NCBI GenBank assembly: GCA_964606165.1
Contig: CAZSFQ010000001.1
Coordinates: forward strand, 6,905-70,904
Direction: 5' to 3'
DNA from: an uncultured Mageeibacillus sp.
GTDB lineage: Bacteria > Bacillota > Clostridia > Saccharofermentanales > DTU023
Length of the DNA: 64,000 bases
Shown in pieces: positions 57,301-64,000 of this stretch. Numbering within the stretch: the first letter of the stretch is position 1; every line of letters begins with the position of its first letter. The notes below the pieces were generated by a model that saw only the letters and a list, made by a program, of their open reading frames with translations, was not told the DNA's origin and did no database searches. A program made the position numbers and the translations under genes.

Positions 57301-57424
57301 CAACTGCATATGCTTTATTGTAGTCTGCGTTTATCCCCTCCTCGTAATCATTGGATTCAACCAGATATTTTACGATTAAGGATTCAAGACCACTTTCTTT
57401 GGTGTTGGAAAAAGCCATACTCAA
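54347..57424 (-). CDS. hsdR: type I restriction enzyme R subunit
   Basis: An N-terminal nuclease region, then QHSAGSGKSNSIAWLA (motif I), IIIDEAHSGQ (DEAH), and a helicase C-terminal half. Confidence 0.95.
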   Translation of the reverse strand: MSMAFSNTKESGLESLIVKYLVESNDYEEGINADYNKAYAVDETRLFRFLEDTQPEEMEKLGVFKSDTKKRQFLNRLSGEIAKRGIIDVLRKGVKVYPADLIMFYLTPTENNRQAKLMWEKNIFSVTRQLRYSQDATKLALDLCLFINGLPVITMELKNQLTKQKTEDAVRQYKEDRDPRDLIFHFKRCIVHFAVDDATIQFCTKLAGKDSWFLPFNKGYNDGAGNPPNPDGLMTDYLWKNILTKRKLSRIIENYAQVTEEVDPDTKKKTIKQIWPRYHQLDCVEKLLADVKLSGVGKRYLIQHSAGSGKSNSIAWLAHQLIGLEEGGRPMIDSVLVVTDRRILDKQIRDTIKQFMQVKNTVAWAEYSRDLRQAIQDGKRIIVTTIEKFPYIISELGQAHKDNQFAIIIDEAHSGQSGRNSAQMNLALSGQAAMDELDNEDKINAMMEGRKLVPKASYFAFTATPKNKTEEMFGTMYEVDGEIKHRPFHVYTMKQAIQEGFILDVLKNYTTIDSWYKIMKTVEDDPMFDKKRAQKKLRSFVEGNSDVIAKKAAMIVEHFHEQIIAKRKINGQARAMVVTAGIGRCVEYYYAINKCLAERRSPYKTIIAFSGEHKYKGLEPALASAALNGFPDAKIPKEFKKDPFRILIVADMFQTGFDEPLLQTMYVDKPLYDIAAVQTLSRLNRSYPGKHDVYVLDFANKTSVIEAAFSKFYRTTILSGETDPNKLYDLISLMESYQVYDNDHVETLVELFLNGAERDRLDPILDACTAVYKQLEVDDQIKFKSAAKSFVRTYGFLGSILPYGNIDWERLSIFLNLLIPKLPSPGTDDLSEGILSTVDLGSYRNEAREAISIKLEDEDAEIPPVPAGKVGFIVEPEMDLLSKIILDFNDMFGNINWKDADNVQRQILEIPAMVSKNKQYQNAMKNSDEQEARTESERALQQVIFSIMSDNMELFKQFQDNPSFKKWLSDLVFNLTYNTEGKPYVNQDDLSSSDQSLNREYPKIKSEDLKYLSVAEGKAPFTDET

Positions 57425-58773
57425 TCCTCCTCATTTTCAAAATCTGAGTCAGCCGGATCTTCATCAAGATCTTCGTCAAACTCTTCTTCGATATATTCAA
57501 AATCAGGAACCTTTACATCTCGTACGTCAATCTGACCGGTGACAACATCGGAGATGAGACGGGATTTGAGTTCGTGCAGAAGATCTACTTTTTCATGTTT
57601 TTTATCAGTAAGTTCATCAATCTTCTTCAGTTGATTATCTATTTGGGACAATATTTTCTTTTGATTATTTAAATTTGGAACATCTAGTTTGATTGACAAT
57701 AGTGCATTCATGTCTAAATTTTGAATACCAGTAGTCTGCTTTATTATCCTTCTAATGTCGCCTGTAAAGTGCAACAAATGAAGATTTAATAACGCATACT
57801 TCGGGCCTATTACTCTTTCATCTATCCTTAAACACTGTAAAAAGTTCGCAAACAAAGCCTTATATGGCTTATCAAAAATTACCGTCCGTCCAACAGGGGT
57901 TTTATCTCCGCCGCCAGACTTTTCAACCAAGATATCCCCTTTTTGTAATGTCAACTCGTCAATTTCTTTTTGAGTATAGTATCGATGTGTAAGTTGTTCC
58001 GGCTTGGTATTTACAAATTGTCCAGACATGAAATCCATATCAGCAACACGCAGGCAGATACACTGTTTTTTATCCTCAGCGTTGTCAGAACCCCACGATC
58101 CTGTCAGATTTTTCATTAACAGCCGTTTCAAGGGTATTTGACGGGTATCGTTAGCTGATTTTAAGGTATCAGCAATTACCTTTTTTCTTGCTTCTTGTAA
58201 AAGTGCAAGCTGTTCTGAACATATTCTTATCAGCCGATTGATCTCCGACACTTTCCAGTCCAGATAACGTACAATTTGATCCTGTTCTTCTCGAGGAGGA
58301 ACGGGAAGCTTAGTGGACATAAACGATTCAATTTTTATTGTTTTTCTTAAGCCAGTATAAAGTGGCTTGAGCCCCTTCACTTTATCTATCGATAAATAGA
58401 AGTAATAAACGAAACGAGAATTTATATTATGCACGTGCATAATATTATAAGCACCTGTCAGCATTCCATCAAATGCTGACAATCCAACTGTTCTAGGCGT
58501 TTCATCGATATCAAAAAGACAAAACGCCATATCACCTTTTTTTACAATTTTATATTTATCAAAAGATGCAGGGAATTTTCCCTTAGGATTATCTATATCT
58601 CTCGGAACTATCCCATTCAGTGTCAATGACAGAAGAGTGTAACTGCTGTGATCATTTCCAACTTCATCCTTTGATTCTATAAAAACATTTTTGTTACGCC
58701 ACAATTCCCAATGGGACGGAACAATTCTTACCCACTGAATATCAGTATTCTTATAATCCTCATACCTCCTCAT
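57421..58773 (-). CDS. hsdS: type I restriction enzyme S (specificity) subunit
   Basis: Two target-recognition-domain halves separated by conserved coiled-coil spacers (REEQDQIVRYLD... / ...LNNQKKILSQIDNQLKKIDEL). It has 4-nt overlaps with both hsdM and hsdR. Confidence 0.9.
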   Translation of the reverse strand: MRRYEDYKNTDIQWVRIVPSHWELWRNKNVFIESKDEVGNDHSSYTLLSLTLNGIVPRDIDNPKGKFPASFDKYKIVKKGDMAFCLFDIDETPRTVGLSAFDGMLTGAYNIMHVHNINSRFVYYFYLSIDKVKGLKPLYTGLRKTIKIESFMSTKLPVPPREEQDQIVRYLDWKVSEINRLIRICSEQLALLQEARKKVIADTLKSANDTRQIPLKRLLMKNLTGSWGSDNAEDKKQCICLRVADMDFMSGQFVNTKPEQLTHRYYTQKEIDELTLQKGDILVEKSGGGDKTPVGRTVIFDKPYKALFANFLQCLRIDERVIGPKYALLNLHLLHFTGDIRRIIKQTTGIQNLDMNALLSIKLDVPNLNNQKKILSQIDNQLKKIDELTDKKHEKVDLLHELKSRLISDVVTGQIDVRDVKVPDFEYIEEEFDEDLDEDPADSDFENEED

Positions 58774-60776
58774 GCCAGATCCTCCAGTAAGCCTTCCAAC
58801 AGCCCGTCTGACTCGTTTTCTATCTGTTTCAGCTCTTTAATGATTTCTGCCATTGGTCTAAGTTCGATGGGTTTATAGAAGTACTTGGTAAAGCTGACTT
58901 CATAGCCGATTTGGGTTTTCTTTTCGTCTATATATGCGTCTGGTGCATAAGGGTACACTTCCTTTTCCATGAAGGCGTTGATGCCACCATCATAGGTGAA
59001 AGGGATCAGCTCGGTATCCCTAAGATCCGTATCGGCTTCACCGTCTACTGCCTTTGCCGATGCGTCTTTTTCTGTGATGAAGGGTTGAATTCTCTTCAGC
59101 ATGGCGGCTTTAAGCCCCGTAGCTTTAGCAAAGGCGGTCCAGTCATCCAAAGAGCCAACAGTTGCTGCTTTCTTTACGGCTTGCCGTACTTCTTCCGGTT
59201 TATCATTCTTTCTAAAAGCACTGTCCGGGACTTCATTTTCTGGATGGACACGCAGCCTAAGTGGTCGATCCACGATAACCGACCAATAAGCAAAATCCTT
59301 GTTTAAGAAAACCTTACTGACTTCACTCTCTTCCATATCACAGAAGATGCGGACGATTTCTTTGCGAATTTCCGGTGTGAATTTGCAATTCTTTTTCCCC
59401 ATGTTCTTTTTTAGCGGCGATTTCATAGCCGTCGCATCAATCAGCTGAACTTTGCCTTTGCGCCGCTCTTCTTTTTTATTGGACAGAATCCAGATATAGG
59501 TGGCAATCCCCGTGTTATAAAACATGTTCTCCGGTACGGCGACAATGGCTTCTACGAGGTCGTTCTCAAACATGTAGCGTCGGGCATTGCTCTCACCGCT
59601 GCCGGCATCTCCCGTGAATAAAGACGACCCGTTATGGACCTCGGCAATCCTGCTGCCGATTTCCGTATCTTGCTTCATTTTGGAGATATTGTTTAGTAAA
59701 AAGAGTAGCTGTCCGTCGCTCACACGCGGCAGCATCTGCATCGCCTCTCCACCCTCCAAATAGGCATTGAAGCGGGTGTCCAGAATATTTTTCTTGCCTC
59801 CCATTTTTTCAGCGTCCGTTTTCCAACTTTTGCCGTAGGGCGGATTAGAGAGCATGAAGTCAAAAGACCGTGCAGCATGCTGGTCATCGGAAAGTGTAGA
59901 CCCATACATGATATGCTGGGCTTCTTCTCCATCCCCTTTGAGGAGTAAATCAGCCGTGCAGATGGCGTAGGTTTCAGGATTTATTTCCTGGCCAAAAAGG
60001 TGGATGGATACGTCTTTGCCACGCCTTTGGGCAAGAGTTTGCAGCCTGTCCTGGGCAACAGTCAGCATTCCGCCTGTGCCGCAGGCTCCGTCATAGCAGG
60101 AATAAGAAGCGTCCATTATTTTGTCGGCAATCGGCACAAAGATGATATCCGCCATGAGCTCTACGACATCACGTGGAGTCCAATGTTCTCCGGCTTCTTC
60201 ATTATTTTCTTCATTGAACTTGCGAATCAATTCTTCGAAAATCGTACCCATACTATGATTGTCCAGCCCCGGATGTTTGAGTATCGTTTTTTCTTCGTCC
60301 AGGTATACCGGTTTGGGGCTTAAATTGATTTCGGAGGAGGTAAATTTCTCAATAACGGAACCCAAGATATCTGCATCGATCATGGTGTCAATCTGGTTTC
60401 GGAATTTAAACTTGTCAAGAATAAGTTGGACGTTGGGAGAAAAGCCATCTAAATAGGCAATAAAGTCAGCTTTTAAGGTTTGAGCCTTTGCACGGCTGGT
60501 AAGGTCTTTCAGAAGGAATGGTGATGCATTACAGAAGGCTTCCCCAGCGGCATTGCAAAGTGCAGGCCACTGGTTATCAATCTTGGCAGCATCAAGTTGT
60601 TTTTTCATTTTAAGAACGTCATCTTTTGTGTCTTCCAGTACGGCATCTAAACGCCTAATAACCGTCATTGGGAGAATCACGTCGCGATACTTTCCGCGTA
60701 CATAAACATCGCGCAAACAGTCATCGGCAATACCCCATATAAAACTGACAATTTTATTGTAAGTCTGATTATTCAT
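58770..60776 (-). CDS. hsdM: type I restriction-modification system M subunit (N6-adenine methyltransferase)
   Basis: The HsdM N-terminal domain is IVSFIWGIADDCLRDVY..GKYRDVILPMTVIRRLD. DGACGTGGML is motif I and NPPYG is motif IV. Confidence 0.95.
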   Translation of the reverse strand: MNNQTYNKIVSFIWGIADDCLRDVYVRGKYRDVILPMTVIRRLDAVLEDTKDDVLKMKKQLDAAKIDNQWPALCNAAGEAFCNASPFLLKDLTSRAKAQTLKADFIAYLDGFSPNVQLILDKFKFRNQIDTMIDADILGSVIEKFTSSEINLSPKPVYLDEEKTILKHPGLDNHSMGTIFEELIRKFNEENNEEAGEHWTPRDVVELMADIIFVPIADKIMDASYSCYDGACGTGGMLTVAQDRLQTLAQRRGKDVSIHLFGQEINPETYAICTADLLLKGDGEEAQHIMYGSTLSDDQHAARSFDFMLSNPPYGKSWKTDAEKMGGKKNILDTRFNAYLEGGEAMQMLPRVSDGQLLFLLNNISKMKQDTEIGSRIAEVHNGSSLFTGDAGSGESNARRYMFENDLVEAIVAVPENMFYNTGIATYIWILSNKKEERRKGKVQLIDATAMKSPLKKNMGKKNCKFTPEIRKEIVRIFCDMEESEVSKVFLNKDFAYWSVIVDRPLRLRVHPENEVPDSAFRKNDKPEEVRQAVKKAATVGSLDDWTAFAKATGLKAAMLKRIQPFITEKDASAKAVDGEADTDLRDTELIPFTYDGGINAFMEKEVYPYAPDAYIDEKKTQIGYEVSFTKYFYKPIELRPMAEIIKELKQIENESDGLLEGLLEDLA

Positions 60777-60990
60777 CTGCCTCTCCCTCTCTTATAGTTT
60801 CAACGATATCGTTAAGTTCAACATCTAAAGCACTGCAAATCCTCATCAGGACATCGGTTGTCACGTTTTCATCTTTGCCAAGCTTGGCAAGAGAAGATGA
60901 GCTTATACCTGCGGCTTTTCTGAGATCGGTCTTGGTCATATCTTTGTCAATTAGCAATTTCCAAAGCTTCTTATAGCTTGTCTTCATCAT
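60769..60990 (-). CDS. small XRE/Cro-type HTH protein linking the ABC-3C cassette to hsdM
   Basis: The HTH is MTKTDLRKAAGISSSSLAKLGKDENVTTDVLMRICSALDVELNDIV. Its stop overlaps the hsdM start by 8 nt, and its start is 7 nt after the ATPase stop. Confidence 0.75.
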   Translation of the reverse strand: MMKTSYKKLWKLLIDKDMTKTDLRKAAGISSSSLAKLGKDENVTTDVLMRICSALDVELNDIVETIREGEADE

Positions 60991-60997
60991 ATTGTGA

Positions 60998-62632
60998 TTA
61001 CCCCTTGTTCCATGAGGTTCCATATAACTCACCTCCATTATCTGAAAGCTCCAGAGCTGTATTTGCTTCAACGATTCTTGCAGTGTCCTCCGTATAGGAA
61101 AGATGCTTATCAAAAGCTATAAAAATCTGTTTTTCACTGCGGTCATAGATTTTCATGATGCCGTCGACGGAGCTGTCGCCCACGTTTTTCAAAAGCAGTG
61201 AGTCGTGTGCAATGGCTGGAAGGTCGGTAAGCTCAAGCACCGCCAGATCATATAGAAGCAGACCTTTATAATTCGTTCCGGTGCCTGTGTCATGTGGCGT
61301 CTGAAAACGATAGCTGTTGTATTCATTAAATTTCAGAGTAGGAGCCCTTCGCCTATCTTCAAAGAGCGAATCATTATATTCTTTCATCTTGCCATTTAAG
61401 GCATCCTCTATTTCAGCAAGAATAACTGTCGTTGCCTGCTTTAATAAATCGTTAGCCTTTTTCTGTGCAGCTTGCAGTTCTGTCAATTTCAGGTACGCAT
61501 CATTCTGTCGCTGAAGCGCATCGATCCTGCCCTTTAAATCTGAATAACTGTCGAGAAATTCTTGAGAAAGGTCGCCGAAAAAGCCAAGCTCTAAAATCTG
61601 ATCCTTAATCTGTTTTATTTGCTCACGCAGAAACTCTATATGATGGCTAACCTCTAGTCTTTCTTCTTCGAACTGATTGTCCAGAATCCTCGCCAATTTG
61701 CGATGGTAGCCTTCCACCTCGTAAATTTTTCTGACATCAGCCTTCGGAAAAAACTCTTGTAATGCATTAAGATCAGCTTCAGTCGGATAGAGACCGTACT
61801 CAAGACTCATATCCAAAAGTTTCATTTTTCGTTCAAATGCGGAGAGCTGATTTTCCAGCTCCATCTGTTCTCGCTTCAGTTGGCGCTTGGCCTGACTTTT
61901 TTCAATATCATCACGAGAATTTGTCTCTACCTGATCGTTCTCCAGGTTCTCCAATTGAATTCGGAGCTCATTTATTTGAGACAGGTTGTTTTCAAATTGC
62001 TCTTTTCCGCCAACCAGAGCCGGTACAAATTGATAATTTCGAGCTTTTCTAAATACAGATAGTTGCTCCCTTTGCTCATCCTTCCTGGTATTCAGCACCT
62101 CAATTTGTTGGTAACGATCAAAAAGGCAAATAACCCGTTTAATTGATCTTTCCATGGTGTCGCCCTGTATTCCGTATAGTGGTTTTTTCTCATCCAGATT
62201 GTCTTTACCATAGATTCGAAAAAAGCCACTGATCGCTTCACGGAATGAGATGCCATGAAAATCAGCTTGATAATTTTCCTGAAGCCACATTAAAAACTCG
62301 GCCTTTTCCCAGGTTTCTTCTGTCAGGTTATTTTTGTCATCACATAGGTGTATTAGATCCGGTGTTTTGGTCGAACGGGCAAATCTCTGCTTTTTACCAT
62401 TGAATTCAAAAGCAAAGAATATAGTATGGTCTCCCAGATGCTTAACACCATCACTTGTGAGATAGCTTGAGCCACCGAAGACAAAATCAATGGCAAGCAG
62501 TGCAGAGGATTTTCCAATGGAGTTTGTTCCGTCCGCTTTTCCCAATATGACGTTTAAGCCTTTATGGAATTTTATGGGTTTGCGTACCTGATCTCCTATT
62601 TTAAATGCCGGAGAACTCATCTCTATAAGCAC
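60998..62632 (-). CDS. SMC/Rad50-like ABC ATPase with long coiled-coil insert (DUF2326-type; ABC-3C ATPase component)
   Basis: The N-terminus GLNVILGKADGTNSIGKSSALLAIDF is a Walker A. About 300 aa of heptad-rich helix follows. The C-terminal GLLLYDLAVLEL...IAHDS is a Walker B/D-loop-like region. Confidence 0.65.
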   Translation of the reverse strand: MLIEMSSPAFKIGDQVRKPIKFHKGLNVILGKADGTNSIGKSSALLAIDFVFGGSSYLTSDGVKHLGDHTIFFAFEFNGKKQRFARSTKTPDLIHLCDDKNNLTEETWEKAEFLMWLQENYQADFHGISFREAISGFFRIYGKDNLDEKKPLYGIQGDTMERSIKRVICLFDRYQQIEVLNTRKDEQREQLSVFRKARNYQFVPALVGGKEQFENNLSQINELRIQLENLENDQVETNSRDDIEKSQAKRQLKREQMELENQLSAFERKMKLLDMSLEYGLYPTEADLNALQEFFPKADVRKIYEVEGYHRKLARILDNQFEEERLEVSHHIEFLREQIKQIKDQILELGFFGDLSQEFLDSYSDLKGRIDALQRQNDAYLKLTELQAAQKKANDLLKQATTVILAEIEDALNGKMKEYNDSLFEDRRRAPTLKFNEYNSYRFQTPHDTGTGTNYKGLLLYDLAVLELTDLPAIAHDSLLLKNVGDSSVDGIMKIYDRSEKQIFIAFDKHLSYTEDTARIVEANTALELSDNGGELYGTSWNKG

Positions 62633-62847
62633 AAAAACACCTCGCCTTCATCTGACATATCAATTGCTCTGAGAGCATACAGACAATCCATTACTGCTAG
62701 AAAATCTGTCGCTTCACTCAGTCTTGGTCTTGTCATAATATATAATTCACGAACGGATTTGGATCCGTCCTTCAACTCATTCAGCACCTCCGGTATCAAA
62801 GCCAAGGTGCTGTTTTTATATGAGTACAATTTATTCGGTAATTGCAT
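62623..62847 (-). CDS. small (74-aa) middle-component-like protein of the ABC-3C cassette
   Basis: The internal ATG 62847 gives MQLPNKLYSYKNSTLALIPEVLNELKDGSKSVRELY..., which is winged-helix-like. The gene overlaps both neighbours (17 and 10 nt). Confidence 0.45.
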   Translation of the reverse strand: MQLPNKLYSYKNSTLALIPEVLNELKDGSKSVRELYIMTRPRLSEATDFLAVMDCLYALRAIDMSDEGEVFLCL

Positions 62848-63979
62848 CAAACACCTCACAGCTCTGGATGAAATAGGAGACGACAACCTGGCAGTAAATA
62901 ATTTCTTGAAGCGTCTGTCTGTGGATCTTTTCAGCGATCTCAGCAAAGATCTCCATTTGATTTTTATTCTTTTTGGAGAGGCCCCTATATATAGCATGTA
63001 TCTGGTTTTGCAAGCTCTCGTAGTCAATTTCTCCTCGTTTATCGAGGTTCATCATAATTTCACGAACAGTTACGAAGTAGCTGAGCACAAAATTTTTTAC
63101 CGTCAAATATAAGAGATGCTCATGAGAAGAATCGATCTTCTTAGTCAGTTCCTTGGGATCAAATGACACTTCCTCAAAATCCTGCATTTGGAGCTTTTTT
63201 ATTCTCGTAACTACACCGACAATGCCTCGTTCTAGTGGCAACTCGTCAAGCATTTGAATAATCTGTCGTCTTGCTAAAAGTGTTTTCTTCACTGCTTTCA
63301 GTTCTTTGCATTTTTTCTTGTTGTCGTCCAGTGAGTACGTTGCGTAGCAGCAAGGACACATCGCAAGCAAGTTTTCTGGGCTGGCTTTCACGTTTTTGTC
63401 GATTAAGCCTACCTCGAAGAAAGATGCAGCTTTATGGTTTGCTGTGACTACGAGCGATCGACCGCAACCTGGAAAAGGACAAGTGTTTTCAGCCTCAGCA
63501 AGAAGATAATTGCCGTATTGATTTTTCAAATCCAAGGCCAGCTGAGCTTGTTGCTGTGCTTCTAATTTGCTTTGAGATACCAAGCCGGCCGATTGTTGAA
63601 TAACACTGACCATCAATTCAGAAACTTTTTCTCCAACATTTTCGGCATTAATAGTTGAGTCGTAACTTTGCAAATCCTCGGCTAACAATTTACGTTGAGT
63701 TTCATTTCGCTCATTAATTCTCTCTGTCAAAAATTCCGGTGTCAGCCGATACACGATATTTTTTGCCAGTGTCTTTGACAAACCCCTCTTTGAGTAGTTT
63801 CGAAGCGTTTCATCTTTCATCTTTTTAGAAGGATCTTTCGACGTGCCCCACTCTTCCTCAGCAACAGTCGTAATCATGGCCATCAGTTCACGGAAAAAAT
63901 AGGGAACAGCATCTCCATCCGCCATATGCTTTTTTAGAATTTTAAATAGCATTTGAAAATTCAAGGCCATTGTCTCCAT
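62831..63979 (-). CDS. ABC-3C effector-like protein: helical N-terminus, CxxxxC...CxxC zinc knuckle with degenerate HNH-like spacing, conserved helical C-terminal domain
   Basis: Contains CPFPGCGRSLVVTANHKAASFFEVGLIDKNVKASPENLLAMCPCCYATY. The C-terminal tail is ...IIYCQVVVSYFIQSCEVFD. It is the first gene of the coupled block. Confidence 0.5.
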   Translation of the reverse strand: METMALNFQMLFKILKKHMADGDAVPYFFRELMAMITTVAEEEWGTSKDPSKKMKDETLRNYSKRGLSKTLAKNIVYRLTPEFLTERINERNETQRKLLAEDLQSYDSTINAENVGEKVSELMVSVIQQSAGLVSQSKLEAQQQAQLALDLKNQYGNYLLAEAENTCPFPGCGRSLVVTANHKAASFFEVGLIDKNVKASPENLLAMCPCCYATYSLDDNKKKCKELKAVKKTLLARRQIIQMLDELPLERGIVGVVTRIKKLQMQDFEEVSFDPKELTKKIDSSHEHLLYLTVKNFVLSYFVTVREIMMNLDKRGEIDYESLQNQIHAIYRGLSKKNKNQMEIFAEIAEKIHRQTLQEIIYCQVVVSYFIQSCEVFDAITE

Positions 63980-64000
63980 CCTTTAGATTTTGAACCACGC

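Larger units (their letters stand above)
53441..63979 (-). other. AT-rich eight-gene defence island (ABC-3C-like cassette + HTH + type I R-M + GIY-YIG/DUF4357)
   Basis: All junctions are overlaps or gaps of at most 27 nt. Base composition is visibly lower in GC than the flanking phage genes. The block ends at a terminator, and its promoter lies at or beyond the window end. Confidence 0.75.

Noticed and set aside
57421-58773. Phase-variable hsdS shuffling (extra hsdS fragments, inverted repeats, a recombinase).
   Set aside because: The window contains only one complete hsdS, with no silent hsdS copies and no adjacent recombinase.

Overview
The window has three parts. (1) About 1-23.4 kb is ordinary Firmicutes/Clostridia-like chromosome with genes on both strands. 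It includes an AlbA_2-type regulator, a YbaK-type deacylase, a macro-domain protein, an aldehyde dehydrogenase, feoA-feoB-feoC with a divergent DtxR-family regulator and GTTAG-N6-CTAAC operators, pfkA, a cold-shock gene, a decayed MDR oxidoreductase, and an ECF sigma / anti-sigma / PrsW-type protease cluster. (2) About 23.4-53.3 kb is a siphovirus-like, HK97-type cos prophage, entirely on the minus strand. Read in the direction of transcription it carries DUF4406-like, VapE primase-helicase, VRR-NUC and SNF2 genes, then two sigma-like regulators, HNH, a candidate cos gap and TerS. An accessory block follows (MetK, ParB-methyltransferase and five small unknown genes). Then come TerL, portal, ClpP protease, capsid, head-tail joining genes, major tail protein, a frameshifted chaperone, tape measure, Dit, Tal, a GH18 protein, holin and endolysin. 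A two-gene AT-rich moron sits at the prophage edge. (3) 53.4-64 kb is a visibly AT-richer, eight-gene, translationally coupled minus-strand block: a three-gene ABC-3C-like cassette (effector, small middle component, DUF2326-type coiled-coil ABC ATPase), a small HTH gene, hsdM-hsdS-hsdR, and a GIY-YIG/DUF4357 gene, closed by a strong terminator that abuts the phage replication genes. The best candidate for a poorly described or uncharacterised system is this ABC-3C cassette and its operonic fusion to a type I R-M system, apparently carried inside the prophage. Secondary candidates are the prophage-end moron and the MetK-methyltransferase module between the terminase subunits. No rRNA, tRNA or CRISPR array was recognised. 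All family assignments come from motif recognition by eye, not from searches.
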